This document shows positions 1 through 30,358 of a stretch of 64,000 nt of DNA, piece after piece. Under the pieces are notes generated by a model, which was not told the origin of the DNA, ran no database searches, and saw only the letters and a list, made by a program, of their open reading frames with translations. Every line of letters starts with the position of its first letter. Positions within the stretch are counted from its first letter, which is position 1. Source of the DNA: Salpingoeca rosetta (lineage: Eukaryota > Protista > Choanoflagellata); contig JAWQFM010000012.1 in the NCBI GenBank assembly GCA_033442325.1, positions 124,001 to 188,000 on the forward strand, read 5' to 3'. Both the position numbers and the translations under genes were made by a program.

Positions 1-1976
1 GTCTGTTTGTTCTTCTTCTTCTTCATCTTCATCATCTGCTTCTTCTGCTTCTTGTCCCTCGTCCGCCTGCGCCGTTGCCTCTCCTGCTCCATCAGCGCCG
101 CCACCTCATCATCATCGTCGTCGTCCCCCTCCTCCGCTTCGTCGTCCAGCCAGTACCGCGCAGCGCCGCGACTGTTGCTGCTGCTGCGGGTTGATACACG
201 CATCCGTCGCCTGCTCTTCCCACTGTTACCTGTGCTACCACCACCATCACCATCACCACCACCAACATGACGCCGGCGTCGTGCCTTGTGGTCGTTTGTC
301 GAAGCCAACACTGCGGTCTTCTTCTTCTTGTCCGCGTTTCCATTGCTCGTGCGAGATGCCCGAATCACGACATTTGCCAATTTCTCGGGTGAGCTGTCCT
401 CATCCGTGTCATGTGCTGCTGCCACCACCACCCTCCGACGGCCTTGCTGCTGCCGGTGCTGTGACTGTGGAGACTGGCTCAACCCGTTCTGCTGTCGCTG
501 CTGTCGCTGCTGTCGCTGCTGTCGCTGCGTTCCACGACCGTTGTTCGCAGCCGGGGACTGCGATGGTGATTGCGAGTCGTGCAGGAACATGGCGCGCTGG
601 CGCTGCGCTGGGCGAAGCACGACAGGGGACGGCGTCGTGGCTGCAGAGGCCGTGGCGACAGGCGTGGAGGGCGTGTTGTGATTGTTGTGACTGTTGTCGT
701 TCATCTCAGCGTTTGTGAGTGGTACGCCCGTTGTTATCGCTGCTGCTGTGCCGGGTTCAAGCCCAACACCAACCTCGTTGCCGTTGTTGCAGAGCTGCTC
801 CACATTGTCAACCTCAGCAGCAAGTAAAGCGTCATCATCCCCAGCACCAGCAGCAGCTGCATCATCATCATCATCATTGTCATCGTCATCATCATCCAGG
901 AGCGCGTGTGCCCGGAATGTGGAGCTCGGCTCTGGCGTTCCTTCAAAACCAGCGTTGCCGTCACCATCTTCATCACCTCCGCCACCATCACCACCACTGC
1001 CCTCCTCCTCATCGCTGGTGTCTGTGCCGGCTGCAAGGGCAGCGGCAATAGCAGCCTGTGCCTCTGCTTCATCATCGTCAACAGCAACCGCCACATCTTC
1101 CTTCACATCATCATCATCATCATCATCATCATTCATGCCCACAGCCGCACTGGGGTGATGAAGGATGGTGGTCATCGTGGTCGTGCCTTGATCAAGCACA
1201 GCCACGCTGGTGGTGGTTTCACTCATGTTGCCAGCACGAGGGCTGTCTGCAAACTGCTGGCTCGTCTCCAACCCACGTTGTTTCTTCTCATCATCACCAT
1301 CACCACTACCACCACCATGATCACCATCATCATAATCATCATCATCATCATCATCATGGTCATCGTCGGTGTCGTCCAGGAGATCCCGAATGCCCATTGC
1401 AATCTCTTGCTGCTCAATTTGATTCAAAATCGCCGCATCTGCGAAGAACGAGTCATCATCGTCATCGTCATCGTCATCATCATGAGCGGTGGTGTGAGGC
1501 AATGGCTGCCCAGTTCCTGTTGCTGTTGTTGCTGCATGAATAGCTGCTGTTGATGGTGGCGATGGATGGACGGCTGCTGTTGGTGCTGTTTGATCATCGA
1601 CATGTGCAGAGATGCCATCGTGTACACTCACGCATTCACTCGCCCCTTCCCCACCATCACCACCATCACCACCTGCACTGTTGTAGCTGTCATCGTCGTC
1701 ACTGTCGGACGCCATCAGCAGCGCCTCCAAGTGGGGCTTCATGGACACAACAGTCTGTGACCTGTTGTCACCATCATCCTCCTCCTCCCCCTCATGCTGA
1801 CCACCATCATCATCAAGTGGGATGCCACCAGTCACCTCTGCAGTTGCCGCGTCTGCACCACCCTTGCTTGCGGCGTCCAACTCTTGTTCTCGCTCGCTGT
1901 CATTCTCCTCATCAGTGTCGAGAAGCGACAACAACTGCAAATCAGATGCGCCTTCCAGCCCAAGCGCACTCAGCGC

Positions 1977-2074
<98 letters not shown>

Positions 2075-5000
2075 GCTGTTGGTTTTCATGCACCTTCGCT
2101 GCCTTGATTGCGCAAGCCATGCTGTCATGTACACCATCCCCACTCTCATCAGCATCACCATGCTTCTCCACGCCACGACACTCAGCATTCCGCACACGCG
2201 TCTCTGCTGCCACCTCATGCAGTGCAAGTGCAAACACGTCTCTCTGCCACGATGCAAGCGACGGCCACAGCACATGTGGCAGCGCTGCGGTTGCTGTTGC
2301 ACACGACGATGATGATGACGCTGGTGAAGATTCCGAGGAAGACACAGTGGAGGAACCGCACGAATAACGCGATGACAGCGGTGAAAACTGCTGCTGCTGC
2401 TGCTGTTGTTGTTGTTGTTGTTGTTCAAGGTCGTCGTCATGATTGAGCGTGTCGATGCCGTCAATGTCAGCGGCACTGGCTGCGCTGTGGATGACGGTTG
2501 CCCTTCCAGCGCGCGAGATGCTGTGCTGCTCGCCTCCAATGCTCGGGCGGGGGCGTGTGCTGCGCTGCACCGTGTCTGTTCTCGCACCACACTGCCGCCG
2601 CTGCCTGTCTTGCTCCTGCACTGCTGCGCGATCACCGCCATCGCCACCGCCATTAACAGCGCGCGACTGCAAACCGGGAAACTTTGGCAGAAGTGCGAGC
2701 ACACGCGCACCGCGAGACACAGAGGAAGACAAAGGTGATGTCGGTGCCGGTGCCGGTGCTGTAGTGATGCAGCGACGAAGCGGCGACTGCTGGTGATGGC
2801 GCGGCGGGCTGCGATTGCGGCGTTGCTGGTTGCTGCTGCTGCCGCCGATGCTGCCGCCAATGCTGCGGCTATCAGCATCACCACCACCAACAACAACAAC
2901 AGCACCTGCACCACCGCGGTCACTCCCACCGTTGCGGTGGTTTTTCGACGGAGACGTATCTGTCACTGACAGCGGGGTCATTGGAGGCGAAGGCGGTTCC
3001 CACTCCCAATCAAACACCTGCCCATCATCACCACCATCGTCCTCACGGCCACCACCACCACCACCACCCCCACCCCCACCACTATCATCATCATCCTGCA
3101 CAGCAGACGCAGCAGATGCAGCAGTAGCAGTGACATGCTGGGCGTCAGCAGCGTTCGTGCTCTCACCGCCATGGCCCTCGCCGGCATCGACGTCAGCATT
3201 GGTGGATGTGGTGGCGTTTGCGCCTACGATATCCGCTGCTGTTGTTGTTGAGAAGAGCAGCGACACCGGCAGCTCATCCCGATCATTGCCATCATCCTCA
3301 TCATTGCCACCGTTGTCGCCTTTGCCACTGTTCGTGGCTGTCTTCCTCGCCTGCTTGGCCTGCTTGGCCTTGCTGTCTGCGCTCCGTCGACTGCCACCAC
3401 GGCCTTTCTTCGGTAATGGCGCTGCCCGCTTGACCGGTGATCGTGATCGTGATCGCGATCGTGATCGTGATCGTGATGGCCCTGAGTTGCGCGATTGGCG
3501 CTGCTGGCGTCGCTCCTTCCTTGCTGCAGGGGACGGCGTGCGAGACATCGACGACGACGCTGATGATGCTGCTGCTGCTGTTGAGGAGGATGTGTGAAGC
3601 CGCCCCGGCCGTTGTGGGGACACTTCCGTGAACAACCCACCGCCACCACCAGTGGCAGTAGCAGTAGCGGGTTGGTTTGGACCACCAGCACTCGCACCAT
3701 CACCATCACCATCACCATCGCCACGACCACTTTCGTCATCATCAGCGTTGTCGTCGTCACCATCATCATCATCGACATCGGCGTCAACACCCTCTACCTG
3801 CGTGCCGAGATCAAGATCCAACATGGGGGCCTTCTTCTTCTTCTTCTTCTTCTTCTTCTTGTTCTTCTTTCCCTTGGCCTTCGTGCGTGCTGTTGCTTTC
3901 GCCTGGCGCTGCCGTCCCACTGCACCTCCTCTCCGACCCCCTCCCCCACCATCGACACCACCATAGTCATCGGCGTCATCGCCGTCATCATCGTCGGTGT
4001 GGTCCGTGTCTGCTGTACCGCCTGATGCCTCCATGTGCGCCCTCACTGCCGCCGCTGCCCGTCGCCTTCGCCGCGCCTGTCGTCGGAGCTCCTCAGCACT
4101 CGCCACAGCACCACCGTCCATGCCACGATCACCACCACCACCACCACCACCACCACCAGCATCATCATCATCATAACCATCATCATCATCATCATCATCA
4201 TCGCCATCAAAGCCGTCGTCGTCGTCGTCCAGATCCAACCCAGCACCTCTCCTCCCCTTCCTCTTCCTCGCCGCCTTCTGCTTCCCCTGCTGCTTTGGGT
4301 TGTCCTGGCTTGGCGGTGCCCAGTCGTGGGTGATGGGTGTGAATGAGAATTTGCGGACCTGCAGCGTTGTTCCCGGTGGCAGCATGCGCGGGTTATGCGG
4401 GTACAGCTGGAACTTCTTTGCGGCATTGACAATGGCCTGGCGAATGTTGGTGCTCGCCGCTGTGCTGCGCCGGTAGTTGTTCACCTCCGACCCTTCGCAC
4501 AACAGCTGCACGATGCGCCCATTCCGCTTTCGCCCTGCGCACGCGTGTGCGCGTATGTGTGTGTGTGATTGTGTGTGTGTGTGTGTGGTTGTGGTTGTAT
4601 GTGTGTGTGGTTGTGATCGTGTGTGTGTGTGTGTGGTTGTGTGTGGTTGTGTGTGTATGCGTGAGCAAGTCTGCGGGGCTCAACCATCGACACATGCACA
4701 CGAACACCGCACACACGCGTACAGTCAGCACACCAAGTACCTGTTCTGCCCATGCGCTGGATGAGGCGCGTGGACGAGCCTTTGGAATCGAAGCAGATGA
4801 TGAGATCAACGTGCCCAATGTCAAGCCCCTGTGCACAGAACATGGGCGCAGACACGCGGAGGGTCAAGCAGTGAGGATGCTGTGTTGCCAGTGTTGTGCA
4901 AAAGATGCAAAACAATGAGTGAGGAGTGCGCGCATGCGTGACATCTGCATGCCAACAGATGACACAAGATCGCACCTCTTCACCAACACACGTTGCAACG

Positions 5001-5180
5001 AGTGTGTTGTGGACACCGGCGCGGAAATTGCTCACAACCGCAATTTGCTGCAGCGGCCAAAGCGCGGCACATGTGATGTCAGGCAAACGATCGTGTCAAC
5101 TCTCGTCAGTCAGAATGTTCATGTGTAAAGGCACAAGCGAGAGCGCGTGAAACGCAAGAAGCCACGAACACATGAAAAGT

Positions 5181-5258
<78 letters not shown>

Positions 5259-5966
5259 ATGCATATTGACGGACCTCGCTTTGCTTCTGGCCCTTTTTCG
5301 ATTTGGATTTCCCAGACGCCTGGCCGACAAACGACGCAACGCGAATCAGGGGCTTGTGTTTCCCGAGAACGTTCACAATGTCCACGACAGAGTCACGATA
5401 GGACGAAAACACAATCACGCGCGTGTCCTTGTGCTTCGTTTCGCGAAAGTGCTTCGTCACAATCTCCTCCAGCTTCTCCAACTTCGGGTGGCCCTTGTGC
5501 GCTTGCGCTTGCTCCTCTGCATGGAAGAGGGGAGGGGAGAGGGGGGATGGGTGTGCGTGAGTGTGTGTGAACATGTGAGATGTTTGTGTGTGTGTGTGTG
5601 TGCGTGTGTGTGTGAACGTGTGAAAGGTTTGTGTGTGTGTGTGTGCGTGTGTGTGTGAACGTGTGAAAGGTTTGTGTGTGTGTGTGTGTGTGTGATTGAG
5701 TTTGAGCGTGCCTTGCTTGGTGAACGTACAAGCGACAACATGAGGGCGGACCAACGCACAGCGACGAAACACAGCCATCAAACACAGCGCGTGTGTCGAT
5801 CGCACCTTCCACAATTTTCTTCAGCTTGGCCACCATGTTCATCACTTCCTGGCTCTTCTTCATCTGCTGACCTGTCGACGGTGCGCATAGAGCAGACATG
5901 ACATCAGGCATGTGAGCTGACATGAGACCACAACACAAGCACACACACACACACACAAACACAAAT

Positions 5967-6007
<41 letters not shown>

Positions 6008-8485
6008 TGCACACACACACACCGCCTCGCACGGACCGAGTCGCGGGTTCTTCTCGCCGTTGAGATAGGATGTGATGGAGCGGTAGAAGGGCGTGACGCC
6101 GTGTGTGCGCAGCATCGTGCACGAATACGCCAGCGAGATTGCCATCGCAAAGTCACCCTCAACCTGCCCCTTTTGCCTGCAGTGTGTGCGTGTGTGCATG
6201 AGAGAGGCGACAAATAGACCGGCAGACAGGGGGGAGAAGTCATGTCACGTGGTGTTCGATGACCAGGTTCGCGCCAGCGTTTGTGCTGGAATCCCGACGC
6301 AACTGTATCAAAGCAATGAAGAGGGCAGTGAACACGAGCGTACAACGGCCAGCCGAAACACAACGCATTGGTGGACGTACGCGGCAGACGTTGCGGTGTT
6401 GCCCCTGCGAAACAGATCCCGCGCTTTCAGGAGTGCAAACGAGGACACTTTGCTCGGGTTCTGCGTCCAGACATGTGTGCGTGAGGTGACGCGCCATGGG
6501 TGAATGCGGGAGACAGTGCATGCACACATACACACACACGCATGCACGGCAGTGCATGACCCCCACACATCAACGTGAGCAAGCAAACAACCAAGCGACT
6601 GATGGAAAGCAGTGACCTTCGCACCATTTTGCGGATGGCGCGTGCGCGTGTGAGGCGATCAAGGAATGTGCCCAGCATCTTGTCAATGGTGGGCTGAAAC
6701 TCAGACACCTCGCCACTCGGCTTGATCACAACCAGCTCAACCTGTATGCGCGTGTGAATGTGAATGGGTGGTGTGCGTGCATGTGTGTGAATGTGTACAC
6801 AGGTATACCTTTCATCAGTTTCTGTTGGCAGTGGGCCACTACCACACACACACACACACATACACACACATACACACACATACACACACACACGCACACA
6901 CACACGCACACACGAACACACACACGCACACACACACACACACACACACACGAACGCGTGCGCACACACACGAACGCGTGCGCATATGTACACACCTTGC
7001 GCTGGTTGGTGTATGGACGAATGTCGATGGACGATTCACTCCGCAGTTCAATGTGGCTTATCCGCTGCACAATGCACGTGTGCACAATGAAAAAAAGCAG
7101 CGTGAGCTCAACCTCACAGCGGATCCAACGACGTCAACAGAAACAGGCACATACACACATCAAACCTCAACACGCATGCACCACACCAGCACTCACGAGG
7201 TTTGTGATGATTTGCTGGACGGTGGCGATGGTGTCCCCCGGTGTCGCGGAGAGGCCGATGATGCGCAGCCGCTCCGTGTGCGAACACAGGCTCTGGTTAG
7301 CAGCAAGGTAATGGCCGTGGTGGCAACGGTGGCGGTAAGTGGTGAGGACAACAGCGGCGAGACAAGGTGGGTGGGAGACGATGAGTTGTGCGCGCACAGA
7401 CAGCCTCGCTCAAGCAGTGGCTGCACACACACATACACATGTACACATAGATCACACGTGCACACACATGCACACACACACGTACACGTGCACACACACG
7501 CACAAGCGCACACATGCACACATGCACACATGCACACACACACGTACACATGCACACGCACAAGCGTGCACACACGCACAAGCGCACAAGCGCACACATG
7601 CACACATGCACACATGCATGTTACACACCTCCACGACGTTACAGTATGCATGGTTGCCGAGCGCACGGTGTGCTTCGTCGGCGACGAGGCAGACAAACGC
7701 TTTGGCGGGACACGAGCCACGTCGCAGGTCGTTTTGCAACACCTGATACGCACATCATCGACAGGGGTGCAGTCACGTTTGAGGTGATGAAAAGAAAACA
7801 CACTGCGTGTCGACACGCAAAGGTGACGATGAACGTCAACAAGGCCGTCAGCCTGGACACCACAATCACACAACACACGCACACATGCACACGTACACAT
7901 GCACAACACACAACACAGCACACGCGCACATAATCACGCACAACACACTTCGGCAGTGAGGAAGAAGACGCGCTTTTGGTGCCAGAGCTTCTTACGGAGT
8001 GCGGGCCGCTTGTTGCCCGTCATCTCGCACACGTCTTCGCGGTCAAAGCCCATGATGCGGAAGCACGCCTGCACCTGCTGCGCCACGAGCGGCTTTGTCG
8101 GTGCCATAAACACGACTTTGCCAGTCGGGTACCAGCGGTAGAAGTTGTACATCACAACCGCAGCGATGAACGTCTTGCCGAGGCCTGCAAGCATGCGTGC
8201 GCATTGAAAACTTGAGCGCAAGTGCAAAGTCAGACACAGCAAGGATCAAAGGCAATCACAGAGCGTCTCACACTCACTTACTCACACACCTGTGGGCAAG
8301 GTGACCAGCGTGTTCTTCAGCAAGCATTGTTTGGTCATGGAGAACTGATAGCTTCGCTCTGGCATGTTGATGGGATACAACCACGTGTCTGTTGTGTGTG
8401 TGTTCATGTTGTTAACATGGTTGCAAGTGTGTCAGTCATGATAACCACCACACACACACACACGCACGCACACACACACACACAC

Positions 8486-8526
<41 letters not shown>

Positions 8527-8655
8527 ACCACACACACACACACAAAAGTGCACGCACAGCAACAATACCGACTGACCTGCGATGGAGCTGTCGATCATGG
8601 GCAGACCGTCCTCATCAGTGCCGCCACCCACGGCACTCTTGGACGACGTCTCCAT
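1..8655 (-). CDS. FANCM: FANCM/Mph1-family DEAH helicase, multi-exon, 3' end beyond the window
   Basis: Spliced peptides: [59 protein letters not shown] (7950-8388), DEAH ([16 protein letters not shown], ~7640-7700), [61 protein letters not shown]. The exon starting at 4534 appears open to position 1. Start METSS at 8655 is tentative. Confidence 0.93.
1977..2081 (-). repeat. (CAA)n tract encoding ~35 Gln in the FANCM C-terminal exon
   Basis: (TTG)n on + strand, in the FANCM reading frame. Confidence 0.85.
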
Positions 8656-8915
8656 GACGGCACCGCTGCCTTCACGCCGCTACTGCTGCTGCAAGGCCAA
8701 TATGCTCGCTCACACTCCATCCACACACTCCATCCACACATCCACACACACCACTTCACGTTCAAACAGTTGGCGCGGTGGTGGGTTCGCAGAAACGCGT
8801 TTGTGCGACAATCTTTTTATGGTGTCGGCCATCGCGCAGACGTGCAAGACACGAGCATGCAAGCAAGCAAGTGAGGCGAGGCAAGGTGAGCCGTGCATGA
8901 AGCAGCACAGAGACC

Positions 8916-17558
<8,643 letters not shown>

Positions 17559-17957
17559 GGTTGCCCTTCTTCCTGTCTTTGTTGATGACGTTCTGAGTAA
17601 AGAGTGAGCGTGCGTGATGGTGTGCGTGATGTGCGTGAGTGAGAGTGAGCGCGCGTGAGCGTGCGTGAGTAAGTGAGAGGGAGGAGAGATGTTGGGGGGG
17701 GGTTGAACAGACAGAGGAGGGCGCACCACCACAGCCACCACCCGCATCACCATCACCATCACCACCACCACAGCGACACAGCACCAACCACACCAACCTG
17801 TTCGCGCAGCAAAGTTTGCCGTTTTGGCGCGTAAACACCCGCGTGTATGCCGATGTCCTATTTATAGCATAGTGGCACTTACCGCAACCAACGCGCACAA
17901 CAACAACGACCACACGCGACGACGCACAGCAGCACCACCAGCAGCACCAGAAGGGGC

Positions 17958-23782
<5,825 letters not shown>

Positions 23783-24166
23783 CCGTGTACTTGGGGGAGG
23801 ACAGAAGACACGTGTCCATGCATGCATCGGCACGTGGATGGATGAACGCATGTATTGAGTGTGGCCTGATAGGGTTGGGTGTGTGGTCTTGGTTGGTGGA
23901 TGGAGACGTGTTGGCTGTTGACTACTGCCTTCTCCGACCGATCTAAGCGCTCTGTGTTGCGAACACGCACACGCGCACGTTCGCATGCGGGAGAGGGGAG
24001 AGAGAGAGGTGAGCGATTGGGTGAGCGGGTGAGTTAACGAGACAGGTGTTGAGTTTTGCGCTGGCCTTTGGTCTTTTTGCTCTTGCTTTGTGTCTCCTTT
24101 GCCTTTCCAATAAAGTAACAGACTGAGCCCAACTTCATGTGTGCGTGTGTGTGCATGTGTATGCCC

Positions 24167-25242
<1,076 letters not shown>

Positions 25243-25800
25243 CGCGTCTTGGTGGGGGCGGTTTACGACAGCAAAAAATGCGGTTAGCAACAACGCAAAC
25301 ACACCGACCGATATCCGCACCAGCCAACCAGGCACCTGCCGTTCTCACAACGTTGCTTTGCTTTCCCAAACACAAACACACACACACTCTCACCCCCCCC
25401 CCTCCTCACCTCTCTCTTGCCTCTGTCTCTTTTACGTCACAGCCGCTTTGGCTTTGCTTCCGCGCTGTGCTTTCCTTTTGATTTCCTCATTGTTTGCTTG
25501 CACTGCCACCCCACACCCCACACCCCAAGCGTCGCTCTGGTTCCTCCAGCCTGTGCCATGCACATGTCCTGTTTTGGTTAGCAACAGACACACAGACCAC
25601 ACGCACACCAAAGCCACTATTACGACTGCGTTACACGTTCAGAGGGATCCCGTGTACCTGGGGGCGCACCCATCTCAACAGGGGCGCTGACTTTGCATCA
25701 GCAAGTCACCCCGTTCCGCAATAACCCCCACCCCCCTTTCTCTATTTTCCTCCACACATATCCCCTCAACACACATCCCCCCAACACATATCCCCTCACA

Positions 25801-26970
25801 ATGGCAACCACACAGCGGGAAGGGTCGCCCTCGCGTGCAAGCAACAGCGACACCAACACCCATGTATCCTCATCTCGCTCTCGCCACTCTTCTGCCAGCC
25901 AGGTCTGTTTGAGTGCCCATCCCACCTTCATCACCGCTTGCACTGCCACGATGCGACCACCCCATTCATCATCAGCAGTAGCGGCACCATCAACCTTACT
26001 TCAAGCACCGAAGCTTACTCGTTTGGCCCTGCGTGTCACTCATTCTCAGGCTGACGTTCATCCTCACATGCACACATTTACAAAACATATGCACCCGCTC
26101 ATACACCCACTCATGTGCTCGTGGCTGCTCCTCGTGTGTTGTGTGCGTGTGTGCGTGTGACCAGGGTGGAGTTGTGCTGCCGTTCACGCGTCGGCTGCAT
26201 GAGATCAACACCCAGGACCTCCTGGCCTCATGCTCGCCCCAGCACGCACCGCTGTCCCCATCATCACTGCCCTACACATCACAGCACCGCCTCCTCTTCC
26301 AACATCAGCAACAACAGCAGCAGTACTCACAGCAGGTCTTCGAGTATGATGCGGTCTCCATATCCGCCGTGAGCGCCAGCACGCCGCGGCCGCTTGTGGC
26401 GCAAAGCACACCTAACAGGCTTGTGCTTCCCCAGCTCTACACCCCAGACACAACCGGCATGCAAACGCCCGCCGACAGCAGCATCCTCTCCCACGTGCAG
26501 CACCAGCACCAGCACCACCATCAACAACAGCACCACAGGATGCGAGGACGGCGGTCCATCAGTCTTGGCAGCAGCTTCGGTGACGACCACGCCATGTCTG
26601 CAAACAGCAGGATACAGCAGCACCACCAGCACCATCATCATCAACAACAACAACAACAGCACCGCCAGCACTATCAACTACAACGGCAGGTATCCTTGCG
26701 CCGGGGACGCGTGCGACGAGGCATGTCTGACAGCATGGCACCACAGGCTGCTGTGGAGCGTGACGCACAGGCATTGGCGCAGCCCAAAGCCAATGGCTCA
26801 GACCTTGCTGCCGAGTCAACCACAGGCAACACCAACACTAACAGCGACAACAACACCACTGGTAGTCGACGCGCCCGCAGTGGCACTCGGCGTGAGCGGC
26901 GGAGGCGGGGGCGGGGTGTGGCGATAGCGCCGACAACACGTGCAGCATCAACACCACCACCACCACCACC

Positions 26971-27018
<48 letters not shown>

Positions 27019-27887
27019 CCGTCACCGAGCGTCTCGAATGGAGATGGTGTCGTCATCGTCGTCACTGGCGGATACAATTGACTCGAGCGTGTTTGATGGC
27101 GATATCAGCCCCCTGCAGGCCCTCGGCCTCTCCGCAGACACATCACCATCGCCGTCGTTTGCCGGCAGGCGTACACACTCCCCCGCTGATGTGTTTACCT
27201 TCAACCTGCACCATGGCGACGACAGCAGCCACCACCACCACCAACATCGTCTTCATCGCCGGCACAGCAGCTCGGGACTGCGGCGCCAACAGCACAGCGG
27301 CAGTGATGTTGACAGCAGGGGCGGTGGCGGCTCTGGGAGGATAGACGATGATATGGGAGGTGGGATGACACGACCAACACCACGTCCGCCACGCAGTCCC
27401 GTGAGCACACGCAAACACACCCATGGTCGCAGCAGCATCCACCACCGCCGTGGCAGCAGTTGTGGTGGCGGTGGTGGTGGTGATAGGACAGGTATGAAGA
27501 CCCAGGCTATCATTCGTGGTGGTGGTGATGATGGCGATGATGACGGTGATTTGGATGCAACGCTGATAGCGTCAGACCCAGACGCGTTGGCACTGCACAA
27601 CGGCTACAGCGATGGCGGCGCTGGTGGCGTGCGCGCACACGCACACGATTCCGACGACAGCACCACCACCGATGAGGACGTGGTTGAAGGTGCGAACGCA
27701 AGCGGTGCCCAGGGGCGTGGTGGAGCGGGGGTGCGCCACAGAGCAGATATGAGGGTGGTGGTGGCTGAGAGCCAGCGTGGCGATGATGGCCAAACACAGG
27801 TGCAGGTGGAGCGGGTCACCAGCACCACCATCACTGCCGAAGCCGTCAACGACGACGACGACGACGAAGATGATGATGGTGATGACG

Positions 27888-27919
<32 letters not shown>

Positions 27920-29587
27920 GATGGTGATAACGATGATGATGATGGTGATGATGATGATGATGATTTGTGGCAGATTGTGTCGTTGGCCAAGCAGCATCTG
28001 CGCGAACATGATTCTGACAGCAGCACGCCGTCACCACCACCACAGCAACAGCAGCAACAACAGCGATCAGCCATACTTACAGGTGCAAAACGCACCAGCA
28101 CTGCTGCCACCGCCACCACTGCACCAACTGCGATGGCACCACGTGCAGCAACAGCGCCGCGCCGCAGCATGACACGGCACTCCTCCTCGTCCTCCCTCTC
28201 GTCGCATGCCGCCGTTCGCGACAGCATAAGCTTTGATGTCATGGAGCGTGCTGCAACGCCTTTTGACGAAGACGAAGACGATGATGATGACGATTATGAT
28301 GATGATGGTGGTGGTGGTGGTGGTGACGGGAGTGTGCGCGGGTGGAAGGACGTGCGTGCAGCGCGGCAGCGACGGCAGCGGCTGTTGGCAGATGTTGTTG
28401 GGCAGTGGTCCCGTGTCCGGCAGGTGTCACTACAGCCGGGGGCGCTGGAGGCGGTGGCTGAGGTGATGGAGGGCGTTGGTGAGGTGGCGGGTGACGACAG
28501 CGCGAGCGGCAGAAGAAAAGGGGTAGAGGGTGCTGATGATGGTGGTGGTGGCGATGATGATGACGATGACGATGAAGATGATGACGGCATTGGTGGTGCT
28601 GGTGATGATGCTGGCGGTGCACACAGCATGTCAACGAAGAGCAGCAGCACGAACAGGAAGAGCAAGAAGAAGAACAAAAGGGGGAGGAAGATGGGGAAGG
28701 GGAAGAAGAACAAGCAGAGCGGGCAGACGCGCCGTCGAAGTGCAAGCACAAGTCTGTTGGACCAGCACCACCGCATCACACCACGTACGCCATCACAGGC
28801 GCGGCTCAGCATGATGCTGGACTCGCTGCTTGAGGGCCGCCCGCCCGACCTCGCCACGCTGCGTAAAGCAATGGACCTGACAGACAAGCCCTCGGAGATG
28901 CCCCAGCAGCTGCGCATCCACGTGGTGACGTGGAACATGAACGAGCAGGACATTCCGGGCACGGTGGAGCCGCTGCTCGTGCCCGCAGCAAAGACAGGCC
29001 GCAACAGCGTCGGTGGCAATAGAGGTGGTGGTGGTGGTGGTGGTGGTGGTGGTGGTGGCAACGGTCAGCGTGCACATGGGCAAGCAGCAGATGGGTCAGC
29101 GACCACAAATGGCACGAGTGGCAGCAGCGGCCTGGGCGGTGGCGGAGAGACTGATGAGCCAATTGACCTGTATGTGGTGGCGACACAAGAGGGCACGATA
29201 GCTCGGCGGGCATGGCAGCTGAAGCTTCAGGAGCAGCTGGGCCCGCGCTATGCCCTACTGCACTCGCACTTCCTCATGGGCATCCACATGTGTGTGTTTG
29301 TGCGACGTCAGCTCATCTGGTTGGTGGACAACGTCATGTCCAGCCACGTGCCGACCAAGCTAGGCGGTATGCTGCGAACAAAGGGCGCTGTTGGCATTGC
29401 CGTCAACTTCAAGACCGTGTCGCTGCTCTTCATTGACTCGCATCTTGCCGCCCACCGCTCCAAGCTGCGCGATCGTAATGAAAACTATAACACGATTCGA
29501 CGCACGCTTAACCTCCGCCCGCCCACGCGTGGCGCCGCCATGCCGCAAACGCCGGAGACGCCGCGCAGGGGACGCTTCTCGTGAGTG

Positions 29588-29659
<72 letters not shown>

Positions 29660-29891
29660 TACGTACGTACGTAGTACGTACGTACGTACGACGGGTGTGA
29701 CAGGGATCATCGTGGGCCCTTCGGATACCGCGCCTATTTCTGACAAAGCTAACTGGCCTGAATACTCCTACGCTAGGCCACAGGCAGTCTGTGTTTAAAA
29801 GCCTCGACTAGGTCACGGACATTTGGGTGGGGTGGTTTGACAGCGCCAGACAACATTTATGTTTTTAGCGCTCATCGAGCAAAACAGAACG

Positions 29892-29956
<65 letters not shown>

Positions 29957-30310
29957 CATGTGTGTGCGTGCATGTGTGTGTGTGTGCTTCGCTGGCTTTC
30001 TGACTGCCCATCTGGTTGCTAGTCCTCCTCCCCTGTTGCTCACCTCCTCCCAACCCTTTCCCTCCACACATTCACTCACTCATACACAACCCCGCCCCTC
30101 TTCGCCTTCCCTCCTTCTTCTTCTGTACAGCGGTGGGAGTTCCTCTGCGCGAGATGCACTGGAGCAGTTTGACTTTGTGTTCTGGTGCGGCGATCTCAAC
30201 TATCGCGTGGACTGCTCGCGTGACCTCGCAGAATACGTCAGTTGCACACGCGATGTGGAGTGGGATGGCATTTGAAGTTATGGTGGTGGGGTGGCGGTTT
30301 GTGTGTTGCG

Positions 30311-30358
<48 letters not shown>

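Noticed and set aside
8758-8832. MADTIKRLSHK as FANCM exon 1
   Set aside because: Its donor phase does not fit the next exon, which has an in-frame TAG upstream of METSS
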